Positions 35,038-45,629 are shown, numbered from the stretch's first letter. The stretch is 64,000 nt of DNA from Candidatus Cloacimonadota bacterium (GCA_009777575.1 WRLO01000001.1:15493-79492); one strand, 5' to 3'. The notes: generated from the letters alone by a model not told the origin. Numbers and translations: made by a program.

Positions 35038-36141
35038 CTATCTATAGTAGGCTAATAATAAATCAACCATTTTGCCATAGCTTCTGATCCCTTCATCTTG
35101 TTGGTTCAGTTTAAGATAACCGTCATAAACTCTTTGTCCAACAACTGTAGGAATTTGTGCCACATATCTTTGGTAATATGAATCTTGAGCGACTAAATCT
35201 CTGATAATCTGTTCTGGCAACATAAAATATAATTCTGTGTATTGCTCTCTATTTAATTCTTTTCGCAAAGCTCCTAATGTATAGGTTATAGCAACAATAA
35301 AACCACTATATTGGAAGTCTGCATTATCAGAATATTTACATGCTAAATAAGCAATAAAATTTGCTTCATCTTCTCTCATGTATCCCACAGTATGAGCAAG
35401 TTCATGAGTGATAATAAAAGGTATTCTATGTGTTGGGGCATTTTGATTGAAATGAGCTTCAAGAGTAAATGGAGAAAAAAAACCATGTATACCTAATTTA
35501 TCCAATATAAAATTAAAAAGTTTCAAAGTCTTAATTCGTGGGAAAATGTTACCAAGTCCACCATAATAATTATTTAGGTTTAACATTATTCTACGAGCTT
35601 CATCGACTAAATTTTCACGGTTCAAAACAAAAATACCGCTACCATCTATTTCTACATAATCAACAATTTCAGTAGCTTGATCTATTAAATGGTGGAATAA
35701 ATGAATTAAATCGTCAAGATGTGACGGCTGTGCACTAATATCTATATAATTTGTATAAGGATTTCTTGTATAATTAATTCCAGAAGTAAAGGTAAACATA
35801 AATAGAAGGATAGAAATAATATAAAGTAATCTTAACGGAGTCTTTTTAATGTTTTTCACAAATAGTTCACGTCCGGTCTTGCTAAAAAGTCTAATAATGT
35901 CTCTTATCAGAAAAAAAAATATTAAAATTGGTAAAAATAATAAACCTATCTCATAAATTGAGAAAGGAAAATAGCTTATTAACAAGCTAATATGAGGGAA
36001 AATATTTTGGTGTATGTTAATTGCATACCACTGTGAAAATCTAGGATTAAGATGAGAAAATATTAAAAATCCTATTGCTACGAGCATTATCAATATACCA
36101 TAAAGCCAAAATTTATATACTTTTTTCATCAGAAACCTCAT
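35038..36141 (-). CDS. DUF3810 family membrane protein (HExxH zinc-peptidase-like motif)
   Basis: 367 aa, N-terminal TM helices, ITHELAHTVGYMREDEANFIAY. Confidence 0.8.
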   Translation of the reverse strand: MRFLMKKVYKFWLYGILIMLVAIGFLIFSHLNPRFSQWYAINIHQNIFPHISLLISYFPFSIYEIGLLFLPILIFFFLIRDIIRLFSKTGRELFVKNIKKTPLRLLYIISILLFMFTFTSGINYTRNPYTNYIDISAQPSHLDDLIHLFHHLIDQATEIVDYVEIDGSGIFVLNRENLVDEARRIMLNLNNYYGGLGNIFPRIKTLKLFNFILDKLGIHGFFSPFTLEAHFNQNAPTHRIPFIITHELAHTVGYMREDEANFIAYLACKYSDNADFQYSGFIVAITYTLGALRKELNREQYTELYFMLPEQIIRDLVAQDSYYQRYVAQIPTVVGQRVYDGYLKLNQQDEGIRSYGKMVDLLLAYYR

Positions 36142-36254
36142 TTCTAAATTGTTTTTTATTTTTTACATATAAGAATCACTGTTATAACAAAGACAAATAA
36201 CCCACCAGTGTTTTTTCATTATTAAATATATATTTCTACTCAATAAAAAACAGA

Positions 36255-37139
36255 TTATTTTCTCATTGAATTTGTAATATAATATCCTCCAAAACATATC
36301 AACAAAGCTCCCAAAACTAAGAAAGTATTCAATCTAAGATCTAAGAATAGGTATTCATTTATTGTTGTGAATAAAATTGTCAGTAAAAAAAGTATAGAAG
36401 CTGTATTTGCATTTATATAAACAAGAGCAAAACTCCAAAATAAATAAGCTAAACCACTTTGAAAAATACCCATTTCAAAAACCCAAAACCATTGTGTTGG
36501 ATTACTAGGAAATGACTTTGCAGTTATTAAAAAAGGAGAGCATGCTATAGCTGCAATGAGCATTATTTTGAATTGAAATTTAATAACACTGACATAATCA
36601 TTTTTAAATTTTTTTAATAGATCAGCAGAGAAGAAAATATATGCACCAAAGGTTATACCAGTAAGGACTCCGAGAAACACACCCAAATAGTATCCTTCTG
36701 ATAATTCTGGAAAGCTATCTTTACCTAAAATAATCAAAAAAATGCCCAGAAATGATAAAATTAAAGCAATAATTTCCGATAATTTTGGTTTTATCCCGTA
36801 GAACAATAAAGTTGCAAGTAGAACAAAAATAGGAGAAAGATTTTCGAGAATCATAACAAATGTTCCGGGTAGATAATTGAGGGTCAAATGAAATACAATC
36901 GTGTTTGCAATCAAACCAATCCCTGAAATGAGTAAAATCTGTTTTAAGTCCTCTTTCCAATTAATTTTTAAGCATTTGTTAATCAACAAAAAAATAAAAA
37001 ATACAAATGTCCCAATCCATAATCTAAACGAAAAAACAAAATACATATCAACATCATTAATAGCAAGATATCTACCAGCAGGACCATGTATTCCCCATAA
37101 GAACAAAGCAATAAAGGCATAAATCCATGCTTTTTTCAT
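36255..37139 (-). CDS. EamA/DMT family transporter
   Basis: 294 aa with ten predicted TM helices in two EamA-like halves. Confidence 0.85.
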   Translation of the reverse strand: MKKAWIYAFIALFLWGIHGPAGRYLAINDVDMYFVFSFRLWIGTFVFFIFLLINKCLKINWKEDLKQILLISGIGLIANTIVFHLTLNYLPGTFVMILENLSPIFVLLATLLFYGIKPKLSEIIALILSFLGIFLIILGKDSFPELSEGYYLGVFLGVLTGITFGAYIFFSADLLKKFKNDYVSVIKFQFKIMLIAAIACSPFLITAKSFPSNPTQWFWVFEMGIFQSGLAYLFWSFALVYINANTASILFLLTILFTTINEYLFLDLRLNTFLVLGALLICFGGYYITNSMRK

Positions 37140-37144
37140 ATAGA

Positions 37145-38863
37145 TTAATTATTCTCTTTATTTTGATTTTCAATATATTTTTTTACAAGCCTCAAATTTC
37201 CGAGGTCGCTTTTGTGACAAACTCTATGTATAGTTGACAAAGCAGGTAAGTTATCTGGATAAATTTCACGCAATTCTTTTGATATATTTTTTATACTTCG
37301 CCCCTCTTTTCTTAGCCTAATGATTTGATTTGCGATATATGGATCTACAGCTCTATAAACTGGTTTAATTCTTTTCTCTGGAGGTTGAAATTTAATGTAT
37401 AAAACCTTAAAATAAGTAGCACTCATATTAACATCCAGAAAAAAATCATTAACTAATTTATACTTTTCATTCAATCCAAGAATAGCGAGTTCATATTCCT
37501 TAATGTATTGTCTAAGGACATCTAACTTAGGTCTTTTATGGCTTGAGTTAAGTTTGTGATAATTCAAAACTTTTTTAATGGTTCTTTCAGACGGGTAATC
37601 ATCGGTGTATCTATCTTTTAATTCATAATAAATCTTTTTTTGGCATAGCTGTTTCTTTCTAAGCTCAATAATTTCATTTTCAAATTTAAAAACGTTTTTT
37701 AACGGTTGATAAAGAATCAAAAGATCGTCTTCATTTTGAGAAAGTTTAAATCTATTATAGACAGACATAAAAATGAGTCTATCGAGATGATTTGAGACAA
37801 AAAAAGAATCCACAACAAATGACTTTTCAGAAAAAGTTTCAATAAGCCTATCATATTCATCAATGAGAGCAACAAAAACCTTTTTTTTAAAGGACGGAGA
37901 TAGATTTTTCAAGTTATGTTTAATAAGAATTCGAGTTAAACTGTCTCTTGAATAGGCGTTTTCTTTGAATCTATCCTTTAAAATAAAATAAATTTCTTTA
38001 ATGTTTTTTGCTTGCATTCTGAGTTCAATGGCAGCTTTCACATAATCATCATAGAGTTCTTTATTCCAATCTTTATAAGTAGATTTTATTCTATCAAAGT
38101 TTTTATTAAATTTTTTGCAAATAGAGTGAAAATAGGAGCTAGAAATGTTCCTTGCATCAAGAAAAGCAACAACAGTTTTGTAAGTTTGATGTTTTTTTGC
38201 TTTTACTAGTTCATACTCATCAAATAGTTCTTGAAATTCTGGTTTATATTCTTTTCTTGGGTCTTTAGTTAGATTATGCATTAACAAAGTTCTTTTTATT
38301 TTTGGATGTGAGGGAGCATCCGTTAAAAACTTTTTCTTAAGGAATCTATAAATTTTTTTCTGTGACAAACCTTTTTTGCGTGCTTCCAGAATCTCTTGGA
38401 CAAGCGTATCATCTGGAATGTTAGATTTATATTTTTTATATGCATTTGGCGGTTTAAAAGTGCCATATTTAATCAAATTGTACACCATGTAGAATGGGTA
38501 AGGTTCTAAATCTACGGATTTTAAATAATCCTTGCAAGATTTGTAAGTTGTAATTCTCTTCTCTTTTATCATGTCATATATTTCAACATGTTTTTTATAT
38601 TCCTCTATAAAATCTGGGTTTAAAACTTTAACTTTTACGCTTCTCATAAATGGCAATAAATCCAAAACATCACCAGTTTTTTTGTATCTTTTGTAGTATA
38701 ACATAAAATATGATGTGGAAACATTCTTTTTTCTGAGAAGATCTTTGAAATTTTTAAAGCTTTTGCTTCTTCTATTGTCGTAACTTTCATATTCTTTAAT
38801 CAAGAATAAAAACAACTCAATTCGTTCTTTATTCATCTGATCGTAGTCTTTAATATCATTCAT
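37145..38863 (-). CDS. Lys-rich protein built from about nine tandem transposase-type helix-turn-helix modules; no catalytic domain
   Basis: There are two module types. Type A, e.g. FQELFDEYELVKAKKHQTYKTVVAFLDARNISSSYFHSICKKF. Type B, e.g. EILEARKKGLSQKKIYRFLKKKF..APSHPKIKRTLLMHNL. Order is A A B A B A B A B. Confidence 0.8.
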   Translation of the reverse strand: MNDIKDYDQMNKERIELFLFLIKEYESYDNRRSKSFKNFKDLLRKKNVSTSYFMLYYKRYKKTGDVLDLLPFMRSVKVKVLNPDFIEEYKKHVEIYDMIKEKRITTYKSCKDYLKSVDLEPYPFYMVYNLIKYGTFKPPNAYKKYKSNIPDDTLVQEILEARKKGLSQKKIYRFLKKKFLTDAPSHPKIKRTLLMHNLTKDPRKEYKPEFQELFDEYELVKAKKHQTYKTVVAFLDARNISSSYFHSICKKFNKNFDRIKSTYKDWNKELYDDYVKAAIELRMQAKNIKEIYFILKDRFKENAYSRDSLTRILIKHNLKNLSPSFKKKVFVALIDEYDRLIETFSEKSFVVDSFFVSNHLDRLIFMSVYNRFKLSQNEDDLLILYQPLKNVFKFENEIIELRKKQLCQKKIYYELKDRYTDDYPSERTIKKVLNYHKLNSSHKRPKLDVLRQYIKEYELAILGLNEKYKLVNDFFLDVNMSATYFKVLYIKFQPPEKRIKPVYRAVDPYIANQIIRLRKEGRSIKNISKELREIYPDNLPALSTIHRVCHKSDLGNLRLVKKYIENQNKENN

Positions 38864-38896
38864 TCATTCTCCTATAGTTTATGTAATAATCTCAAA

Positions 38897-40018
38897 TTAA
38901 ATATAAATTGAATTTTTAGTTTCAACATCAAAAAAATGACCTTTTGACATATCAAAAGTAATTCTCAAAGGTTTATTAATTTCAGGCAGAATTTTAGGGT
39001 CAAATCTTGCAGTAATAGTGGAATCATTAAGTTTGAGATAAACTATATATTCATTACCTAATGGTTCAACAAGTTCACAAATAGCATCTAATTCAATGGC
39101 ATATTCTGCCATAGAACTGTATCTACTATCGTATATATCCTCAGGTCTAATTCCAAAAATTATTTCTTTATGAGGATAGTTGTTTAATTTAATATTTAAA
39201 TCATCAGGCAAAGGTATCTTTTGAGATTCATTTCCTTTATCTATAAATACAAGATATAATTTTTTATTCTCTGCAACTAATTCACCTTTGATAAAATTCA
39301 TTGCGGGGCTGCCAATAAATCCAGCGACAAACATATTAACAGGGTAATTATAGATTTTTAATGGACTATCGATTTGATTAATAATCCCATCTTTCATAAC
39401 TACAATTTTACTACCCATAGTCATAGCTTCGACTTGATCATGAGTGACATATATCATTGTAGCTTGTAGCGTATTATGTAGTTTGGAAATTTCGGTTCTC
39501 ATTTGCACTCTCATTTTGGCATCAAGATTTGATAAAGGTTCATCAAATAAAAAAACCTTTGGATTCCGAACAATAGCTCTCCCTAATGCAACCCTTTGTC
39601 TTTGTCCGCCTGATAATTGTTTTGGCTTTCTATCGAGTAAATTTTCAATACCGAGCATATTGGTAGCTTTTTTGACTTTTTCATCGATTTCAGATTTTGA
39701 AGCTTTCCTTAATTTAAGAGCAAAAGCCATATTTTCATAAACACTCATATGGGGATATAAAGCATAATTTTGAAATACCATTGCAATATCACGGTCTTTT
39801 GGTGGGACATCATTGACCTTTCTTTCATCAATATATATATTTCCCTGACTGATACTTTCCAAACCGGCAATCATTCTCAAAGTGGTAGTTTTCCCACACC
39901 CGGAAGGACCAACCAAGACTAAAAACTCTTTTTCTTGGGCAATAAAATTTGCGTTTATAACTGCATGAACGGAATTATCATAAGTTTTATATACATTTTC
40001 TACAACAACTTTAGCCAT
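38897..40018 (-). CDS. ABC transporter ATP-binding protein, MalK/UgpC/MsmX type (no cognate permease or binding protein in window)
   Basis: Walker [36 protein letters not shown] and a C-terminal regulatory TOBE-like domain. Confidence 0.9.
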   Translation of the reverse strand: MAKVVVENVYKTYDNSVHAVINANFIAQEKEFLVLVGPSGCGKTTTLRMIAGLESISQGNIYIDERKVNDVPPKDRDIAMVFQNYALYPHMSVYENMAFALKLRKASKSEIDEKVKKATNMLGIENLLDRKPKQLSGGQRQRVALGRAIVRNPKVFLFDEPLSNLDAKMRVQMRTEISKLHNTLQATMIYVTHDQVEAMTMGSKIVVMKDGIINQIDSPLKIYNYPVNMFVAGFIGSPAMNFIKGELVAENKKLYLVFIDKGNESQKIPLPDDLNIKLNNYPHKEIIFGIRPEDIYDSRYSSMAEYAIELDAICELVEPLGNEYIVYLKLNDSTITARFDPKILPEINKPLRITFDMSKGHFFDVETKNSIYI

Positions 40019-40030
40019 ACAATACCTGAA

Positions 40031-41554
40031 TTAAAAATCTGAATTTAAAAAACCAAAATCAGTGATAAATTCCACTCTATTCTTTCCTTTAGACTTAGCT
40101 AAATACATAGATCTATCGGCTTCCATAATCATTTTGTCGAGCAAATTTGGTTTCACAATATCTATTTTGTTTAATAAAGAAATACCTATAGATACGGTCA
40201 CTTTGATAGTATCGCCATTATCAGTGGTTATTTCAAGTTCTTCAAGTGTTTTTCTTAGTTTTTCAGCAGTTTTGATTGCTTGGGATTTGTTCACCTTTAG
40301 TAGTAAAATCAGTATTTCTTCACCACCAAATCTGATGATCATTTTGTGTTTTTTAAATAAAGATTTAATAGCTTTACAAGAACGTTTTAAAACTTTATCA
40401 CCTTCGATATGACCATAAGTATCATTGACCTTTTTAAAATCATCAAAATCAATTAATAAACAGCTAACAGGCACCTTTTCCTTCATAGCTAAAACAAAGA
40501 AATCACTAATTTTCTCCCATAAATATCTTCTATTGTAGAGCTTTGTTAAACCATCAGTAAATGAGTATTCTTGTAAAGTGCTATAGACTTTTTGAAGCTC
40601 TTCATAAGCGTTTTTTAAAGATTTTAAGTAGTGATTGTTGTGTAAATTGTTTTCTAAAATAATTTCCAACATTTTGTCTTCATAAGTTTTACGAATTTGT
40701 AAGTATTCAGACAGTTTTAACACATCTTGTAACAAAGAAATCTGTTTTACAACAACTTTCCATTTTCTGGATAAAAAATTATTTGCCATAGTGAGATGAT
40801 AAATAGATTTTTCTAAATTTTCATTATCTTTAGCAAAAAAATCACCACAAAACAAGTGCAAGATATACCATTCATCGTTATCAAGATATTCATCTGGGCA
40901 TGACAAGAGAAGATTAGCATAAGACATCGCAGATTCTCTATTATAAAGCCTTTTGTGTAAAAACAAGATATATAATAACAAAGAATAAGCATGGTTTATT
41001 TGAGGGAGCAATTTATTTGCTAATAAATTAAGAATAGTCTCCGCAAGTTTGGGGTTATTTGACTCTATAAAAAGATAGCTCCAGTGTATGAGATACTCAG
41101 TTTTTTCATTAAAATTTAAATGGTTATTAATAATTTTGAAACCCTTGAGAAAAAATTCATTTGACTTCCTAAAATCACCTTTTTCCATCTGTATCTTCGC
41201 AAGACAAAAAAACTTTATACCTAAAAATACCTCATTGTTATTTAGTTTATTTATAGTTTTTGTAGCTCTTGTAAGGTATTCTTCAGCAAAAGTATACTCT
41301 TTTGTTCTAAAAAAAATCAAGGCTGCCTTGAAATCGTTAAACAATTTTGATTCTTGCAAAGAGACAGATTCAAGATAATCATCAACTTTATTAATTAGCT
41401 TAGAATTATCAACGGGAAAGTTTTCTATAGACTTCTCTGCAAGTGATTCCTTAATAAACCCCAAAATAAAGTTTGTGGTCTCCTCAAACCAAGCCTTTTG
41501 ATCCCAGGACTCTTGTGTCCAATCGAGCAATTGATCAATCTTTTTTATCATCAA
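40031..41554 (-). CDS. Diguanylate cyclase (GGDEF domain) with an N-terminal TPR-like helical sensor region
   Basis: DGLTKLYNRRY, IDFDDFKKVNDTYGH, RFGGEEILILL (GGEEI variant of GGEEF), SIGIS. Confidence 0.85.
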   Translation of the reverse strand: MMIKKIDQLLDWTQESWDQKAWFEETTNFILGFIKESLAEKSIENFPVDNSKLINKVDDYLESVSLQESKLFNDFKAALIFFRTKEYTFAEEYLTRATKTINKLNNNEVFLGIKFFCLAKIQMEKGDFRKSNEFFLKGFKIINNHLNFNEKTEYLIHWSYLFIESNNPKLAETILNLLANKLLPQINHAYSLLLYILFLHKRLYNRESAMSYANLLLSCPDEYLDNDEWYILHLFCGDFFAKDNENLEKSIYHLTMANNFLSRKWKVVVKQISLLQDVLKLSEYLQIRKTYEDKMLEIILENNLHNNHYLKSLKNAYEELQKVYSTLQEYSFTDGLTKLYNRRYLWEKISDFFVLAMKEKVPVSCLLIDFDDFKKVNDTYGHIEGDKVLKRSCKAIKSLFKKHKMIIRFGGEEILILLLKVNKSQAIKTAEKLRKTLEELEITTDNGDTIKVTVSIGISLLNKIDIVKPNLLDKMIMEADRSMYLAKSKGKNRVEFITDFGFLNSDF

Positions 41555-41659
41555 AAATAAACCTCAGTGTGACATTTTATTAAACGCATTGTTTTTGTCA
41601 AGGATTTATTAATAAGTATATTTTCAAAAAAAATATTTTTTGAAATAGTTTATTACAAT

Positions 41660-43459
41660 CTAACCTCTATCAGCTTTCAACACTGCTAAAAAAGCCTCTT
41701 GGGGAATAGCAACATTTCCAATCTCTCTCATCTTCTTTTTGCCTTCTTTTTGTTTTTCTAATAATTTTTTCTTTCTTGTAATATCACCACCATAACATTT
41801 AGCAATGACATTCTTTCTCATTGCAGTGATTGTGCTTCTAGCAATTATTTTCGCACCAATCGAGGCTTGAATTGCAATCTTAAACAAGTGTTTAGGAATG
41901 ACATCTTCAAGTGTTTCAGTTACACTTTTTCCCCATTCATAAGCTTTATCTGCGTGACACATAAAAGACATGGCATCAACCTTGTCACCATTTATGAGTA
42001 TATCAACTTTTACAATGTTACTAATTCGGTGTTCTTTAAAACTATAATCGAGTGAGGCATATCCTCTACTAACCGATTTTAATTTATCATAAAAATCAAA
42101 AATAATTTCAACAAGTGGCATTTCATAATGTAAAGCAACTCTTCTTGAATCAATATATTGTAAATCTTTTTGGATACCTCTCCTATCTTGACAAAGTTTC
42201 ATAATATTGCCAACATAATCAGAAGGGACAATTATTTCTGTGTTCATAATAGGTTCTGAAATTTTATCAATTTTTATAGGGTCGGGCATCTCTACTGGAT
42301 TGTTTATTTCTTTTACGGTTCCGTCAGTGAGTATAACAATAAAGGATACAGAAGGTGTAGTAGTAAGTATCCCCATATTATATTCTCTATTAAGCCTTTC
42401 TTTAACAATTTCAAGATGCAACATCCCGAGGAAACCGCATCTAAACCCAAAACCGAGAGCTAACGAATTATCTTTTTCATATATCAAAGAAGCATCATTT
42501 AATTTTAGTTTTGCGATATTGTCTCTTAAATCTTCATAATCGCTATTGTCAATAGGGAAAATACCACTAAAGACCATTGGTTTTGGTTCTTGATAACCAG
42601 TCAATGGTTCTTCAATACCATTTTTTGCAAAAGTAACAGTATCGCCAACTCTGGCATCTGAAACATCTTTTATGTTTGCAATGATATATCCGACCTCCCC
42701 AGCAGAAATGTATGCAGTAGGTTCATGTTTTAGACTTAAATATCCTAATTCTTCTATCTCAAATTCTTTATTATTTGACATGAATTTTATTTTATCGTTC
42801 TTTTTTAACCTTCCATCATACATCCTGACTAAAATAATCACGCCCCTAAAAACATCATGATAAGAATCAAAAATCAAGGCTTTACATGGTTTTTCTGGGT
42901 CTCCCTCTGGAGCAGAAATGTTTTCAATGATCCCATCAAGCAACAAATCAATATTGATACCAGCTTTAGCACTAACTTTGAAAATTTCTTCTCTCGAAAT
43001 ACCAATAATGTCTTCAATTTCATGTATAGTGTTTTCTACATCAGCATTTGGTAGGTCAATTTTATTAATAACAGGAATTATTTCAAGATTGTTTTCCATA
43101 GCGAGATATAAATTGCTCATAGTTTGAGCCTCAATACCTTGTGAAGCATCGACCAAAAGTAGCGCCCCCTCACAAGAGGCAAGGCTTCTAGAAACTTCAT
43201 AAGAAAAATCTACATGTCCGGGTGTGTCAATGAGATTTAAAATATAAGTTTGATTTTTATATTTATGTATCATTCTAACTGCATGTGCTTTGATAGTAAT
43301 TCCCTTTTCTTTCTCTAAATCCATATTATCAAGGACTTGCGTGGGAGTAGTTCCTTTAATAATGACATTTGTAGCTTCAAGAAATCTATCAGCGAGAGTA
43401 GATTTCCCATGATCTATATGAGCTATGATACAAAAATTTCGTATTAAGTCTAGTTTCAT
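41660..43459 (-). CDS. lepA: Elongation factor 4
   Basis: 599 aa with IAHIDHGKSTLADR, DTPGHVDF, NKIDL and the LepA-specific C-terminal domain. Confidence 0.97.
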   Translation of the reverse strand: MKLDLIRNFCIIAHIDHGKSTLADRFLEATNVIIKGTTPTQVLDNMDLEKEKGITIKAHAVRMIHKYKNQTYILNLIDTPGHVDFSYEVSRSLASCEGALLLVDASQGIEAQTMSNLYLAMENNLEIIPVINKIDLPNADVENTIHEIEDIIGISREEIFKVSAKAGINIDLLLDGIIENISAPEGDPEKPCKALIFDSYHDVFRGVIILVRMYDGRLKKNDKIKFMSNNKEFEIEELGYLSLKHEPTAYISAGEVGYIIANIKDVSDARVGDTVTFAKNGIEEPLTGYQEPKPMVFSGIFPIDNSDYEDLRDNIAKLKLNDASLIYEKDNSLALGFGFRCGFLGMLHLEIVKERLNREYNMGILTTTPSVSFIVILTDGTVKEINNPVEMPDPIKIDKISEPIMNTEIIVPSDYVGNIMKLCQDRRGIQKDLQYIDSRRVALHYEMPLVEIIFDFYDKLKSVSRGYASLDYSFKEHRISNIVKVDILINGDKVDAMSFMCHADKAYEWGKSVTETLEDVIPKHLFKIAIQASIGAKIIARSTITAMRKNVIAKCYGGDITRKKKLLEKQKEGKKKMREIGNVAIPQEAFLAVLKADRG

Positions 43460-43668
43460 TAAATATCCTCTAAGTATGCCAATTTTTTTAGAAACGGTTT
43501 TTTGTCAAGAATAAGTTTGAAATAGTAGGTATATAAGTGATGATGAAGTCTAATGAAGAGACATGTTAGATAAGTTAATAATTTGTAAATAGTAAATACT
43601 CTAATATATTCAATTGATATTGATGATCGCAGTCCTAAAAGTCGATTACCTTAAATCTTCTTTAGGAA

Positions 43669-44208
43669 TTATGGTTTTGTAGAAAGCGCAGAAATATGGT
43701 TGTCTCCTGAAGTTTTCATTTCAAAAAATAAATTAACCAAATATTCTTTTGAGTAGTTAAAATGGTTATTAACTATTTCCCATTTAAGAGTGCTTTTTTC
43801 TTGCGCAAGGCAGTCAGAAGATGATAAAACATAAATATGTTGAAAATTTTTTGAGGGCCAAAAAGGATAAACTCGGCAAAACAAAGGTCGAATATTTAGG
43901 GGTAGCTCGCAACCCTTATCAGTGAGAAAAATACATTTTTCATCTACAGTTTTTAATTTATATCTAATATTGTTGTGGAAAATTTTGTCAAAAAGGGGAT
44001 AAGGTGTGCTTAACAAAAAATCTTTTAAATAGTCGTTTATCTCATCTTTAGCAACGAAATACTCCATTTCGACCTTCAAAAAATTGGCAATTTTATTTAT
44101 ATCATCAATAAATATTCCTATTTGTTGACTATCAGAGTTTTTTTTGAAAAGACAACATCCAAGTCCCTTTTTATGACAAATCGCACAAATATTTTCCATA
44201 AACTTCAT
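43669..44208 (-). CDS. YkgJ-family Cys-cluster protein (CxxCxxxxCC)
   Basis: CAICHKKGLGCCLF near the N-terminus and CIFLTDKGCELP...RPLFCRVYPF. Confidence 0.75.
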   Translation of the reverse strand: MKFMENICAICHKKGLGCCLFKKNSDSQQIGIFIDDINKIANFLKVEMEYFVAKDEINDYLKDFLLSTPYPLFDKIFHNNIRYKLKTVDEKCIFLTDKGCELPLNIRPLFCRVYPFWPSKNFQHIYVLSSSDCLAQEKSTLKWEIVNNHFNYSKEYLVNLFFEMKTSGDNHISALSTKP

Positions 44209-44247
44209 TGATCTCTATTTGCTTTGAACAAACATTTTGTTTATATA

Positions 44248-44802
44248 CTAACTCCTTATAAAATCAAGAAAAGCCTTTGCCTGATCTTCTAAATATTTCT
44301 TACTCAATGTCAGAGTCAAGCTACTTTCAGAATCTGTCTGTTGCAAAACATTGGGTATCAACAAGCGAGGATGATTCATGATTCTCATATTGAGAAAGCT
44401 GATAAGGGTGATTAGATGATCTTGTGCAATTGCTGTTCCTGTCATACCTGGTGTGACACCACTTAGAGCAACTGGTTTATTTTTAAGGACTTGCGGTTCA
44501 TTTTCACTAATCGGTCTGGATAACCAGTCGATTAGATTTTTCAAGACTCCAGAAAAAAAATGGTTATATTCTGGTGAAAAAAACCAAACACCATCAGCAG
44601 ATTGCACATTTTTACGAACTCTCATAACCGCTTCAGGTGCTGGAAATTCAATATCTTGATTAAAGAAAGGGATATCTTCATAATCCAGAATTTCAAAATC
44701 TACATAATCTTTGAGGATTTCTCCAGCTTCTATAGCTAATTGACGATTGTAGGATTTTTTTCTCAAGGAACCAACTATAGCGATTATTTTAATATTTTGC
44801 AT
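44248..44802 (-). CDS. NAD(P)H-dependent FMN reductase family protein
   Basis: IVGSLRKKSYNRQLA, SPEYNHFFSGVLKNLIDWLSR. Confidence 0.85.
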   Translation of the reverse strand: MQNIKIIAIVGSLRKKSYNRQLAIEAGEILKDYVDFEILDYEDIPFFNQDIEFPAPEAVMRVRKNVQSADGVWFFSPEYNHFFSGVLKNLIDWLSRPISENEPQVLKNKPVALSGVTPGMTGTAIAQDHLITLISFLNMRIMNHPRLLIPNVLQQTDSESSLTLTLSKKYLEDQAKAFLDFIRS

Positions 44803-44806
44803 ATTG

Positions 44807-45337
44807 TTAAATTCCGCTCAATTTGCTATTGTTTGGGAATGGATTGACAAAAGTTCTGGTGGCAAGCTCATTGTCAAGAGCAAGCAACAATCCTTTATCA
44901 TTGCCTATCATCTCAATTTTACTCAAAATATCAGAGGCGTTTGATTCTTCTTCTACCTGCTCATTCACATACCACATAATGAATTGATAACAAGCATGGT
45001 CGTTTTCTTGCATAGCAATTGTAGCTATGTTGTTAATAAGTCGAGTTACTTTTTGTTCGTGTTCGAGAACGGCTTCAAAAACCTCTTTAATATCCTCGAA
45101 AGTGGTTCTAGGTTGTGCAATATCGGTTAAGACAGGAATCGCACCTCTATCCAGAATGTATTGGTATATATTTATACCATGAGCCATTTCTTCCTTTGCT
45201 TGCGAGAATAGCCAATGAGCTGTTCCTTTCAGGGCAATTTTTTCCATACAAGCAGACATAGAATGATACAGATATGCTGAAAAATATTCCGCATTAACTT
45301 GTTCATTTAATAATTTAGCCAATTTTTCACTGAGCAT
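44807..45337 (-). CDS. Ferritin (non-heme, Ftn type)
   Basis: 176 aa with LNEQVNAEYFSAYLYHSMS, EEMAHG and LEHEQKVT ferroxidase-site residues. Confidence 0.9.
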   Translation of the reverse strand: MLSEKLAKLLNEQVNAEYFSAYLYHSMSACMEKIALKGTAHWLFSQAKEEMAHGINIYQYILDRGAIPVLTDIAQPRTTFEDIKEVFEAVLEHEQKVTRLINNIATIAMQENDHACYQFIMWYVNEQVEEESNASDILSKIEMIGNDKGLLLALDNELATRTFVNPFPNNSKLSGI

Positions 45338-45487
45338 TTTTTTCTCCTCCTAAACATTTGAAATTTATTTAAAATATACAAATAACACTATATACAAACT
45401 TTTCACAATAAAAAAAGTTTCATTGTTTTTTATAATATTGTTTAAAAGGTATTAAGAAAGAAAAAAATACCTCAATTTTGACAATTA

Positions 45488-45503
45488 TGGCACAAATATT
45501 GCT
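45488..45503 (+). promoter_or_regulatory. Sigma-54 promoter (TGGCAC-AAATA-TTGCT) upstream of the flagellar block
   Basis: Perfect -24 GG / -12 GC elements with 10-nt spacing, 127 nt upstream of the flbD ATG. Confidence 0.65.
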
Positions 45504-45629
45504 TTACTATAAAAAATAAGAGGAAAAATAAGAAAAAATATCTTTAATATATGAAAAATAATAAAAGTGTTGACATTTTTAACAAGGTAAATATTTAGGT
45601 TTAAAATTGATTTTTTTGGAGGATAGTTT

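Noticed and set aside
41622-41645. AT-only palindrome TTTCAAAAAA-aata-TTTTTTGAAA between lepA and the GGDEF gene, considered as a terminator.
   Set aside because: The stem contains no G-C pairs and has no distinct downstream U tract. It is too weak to call.
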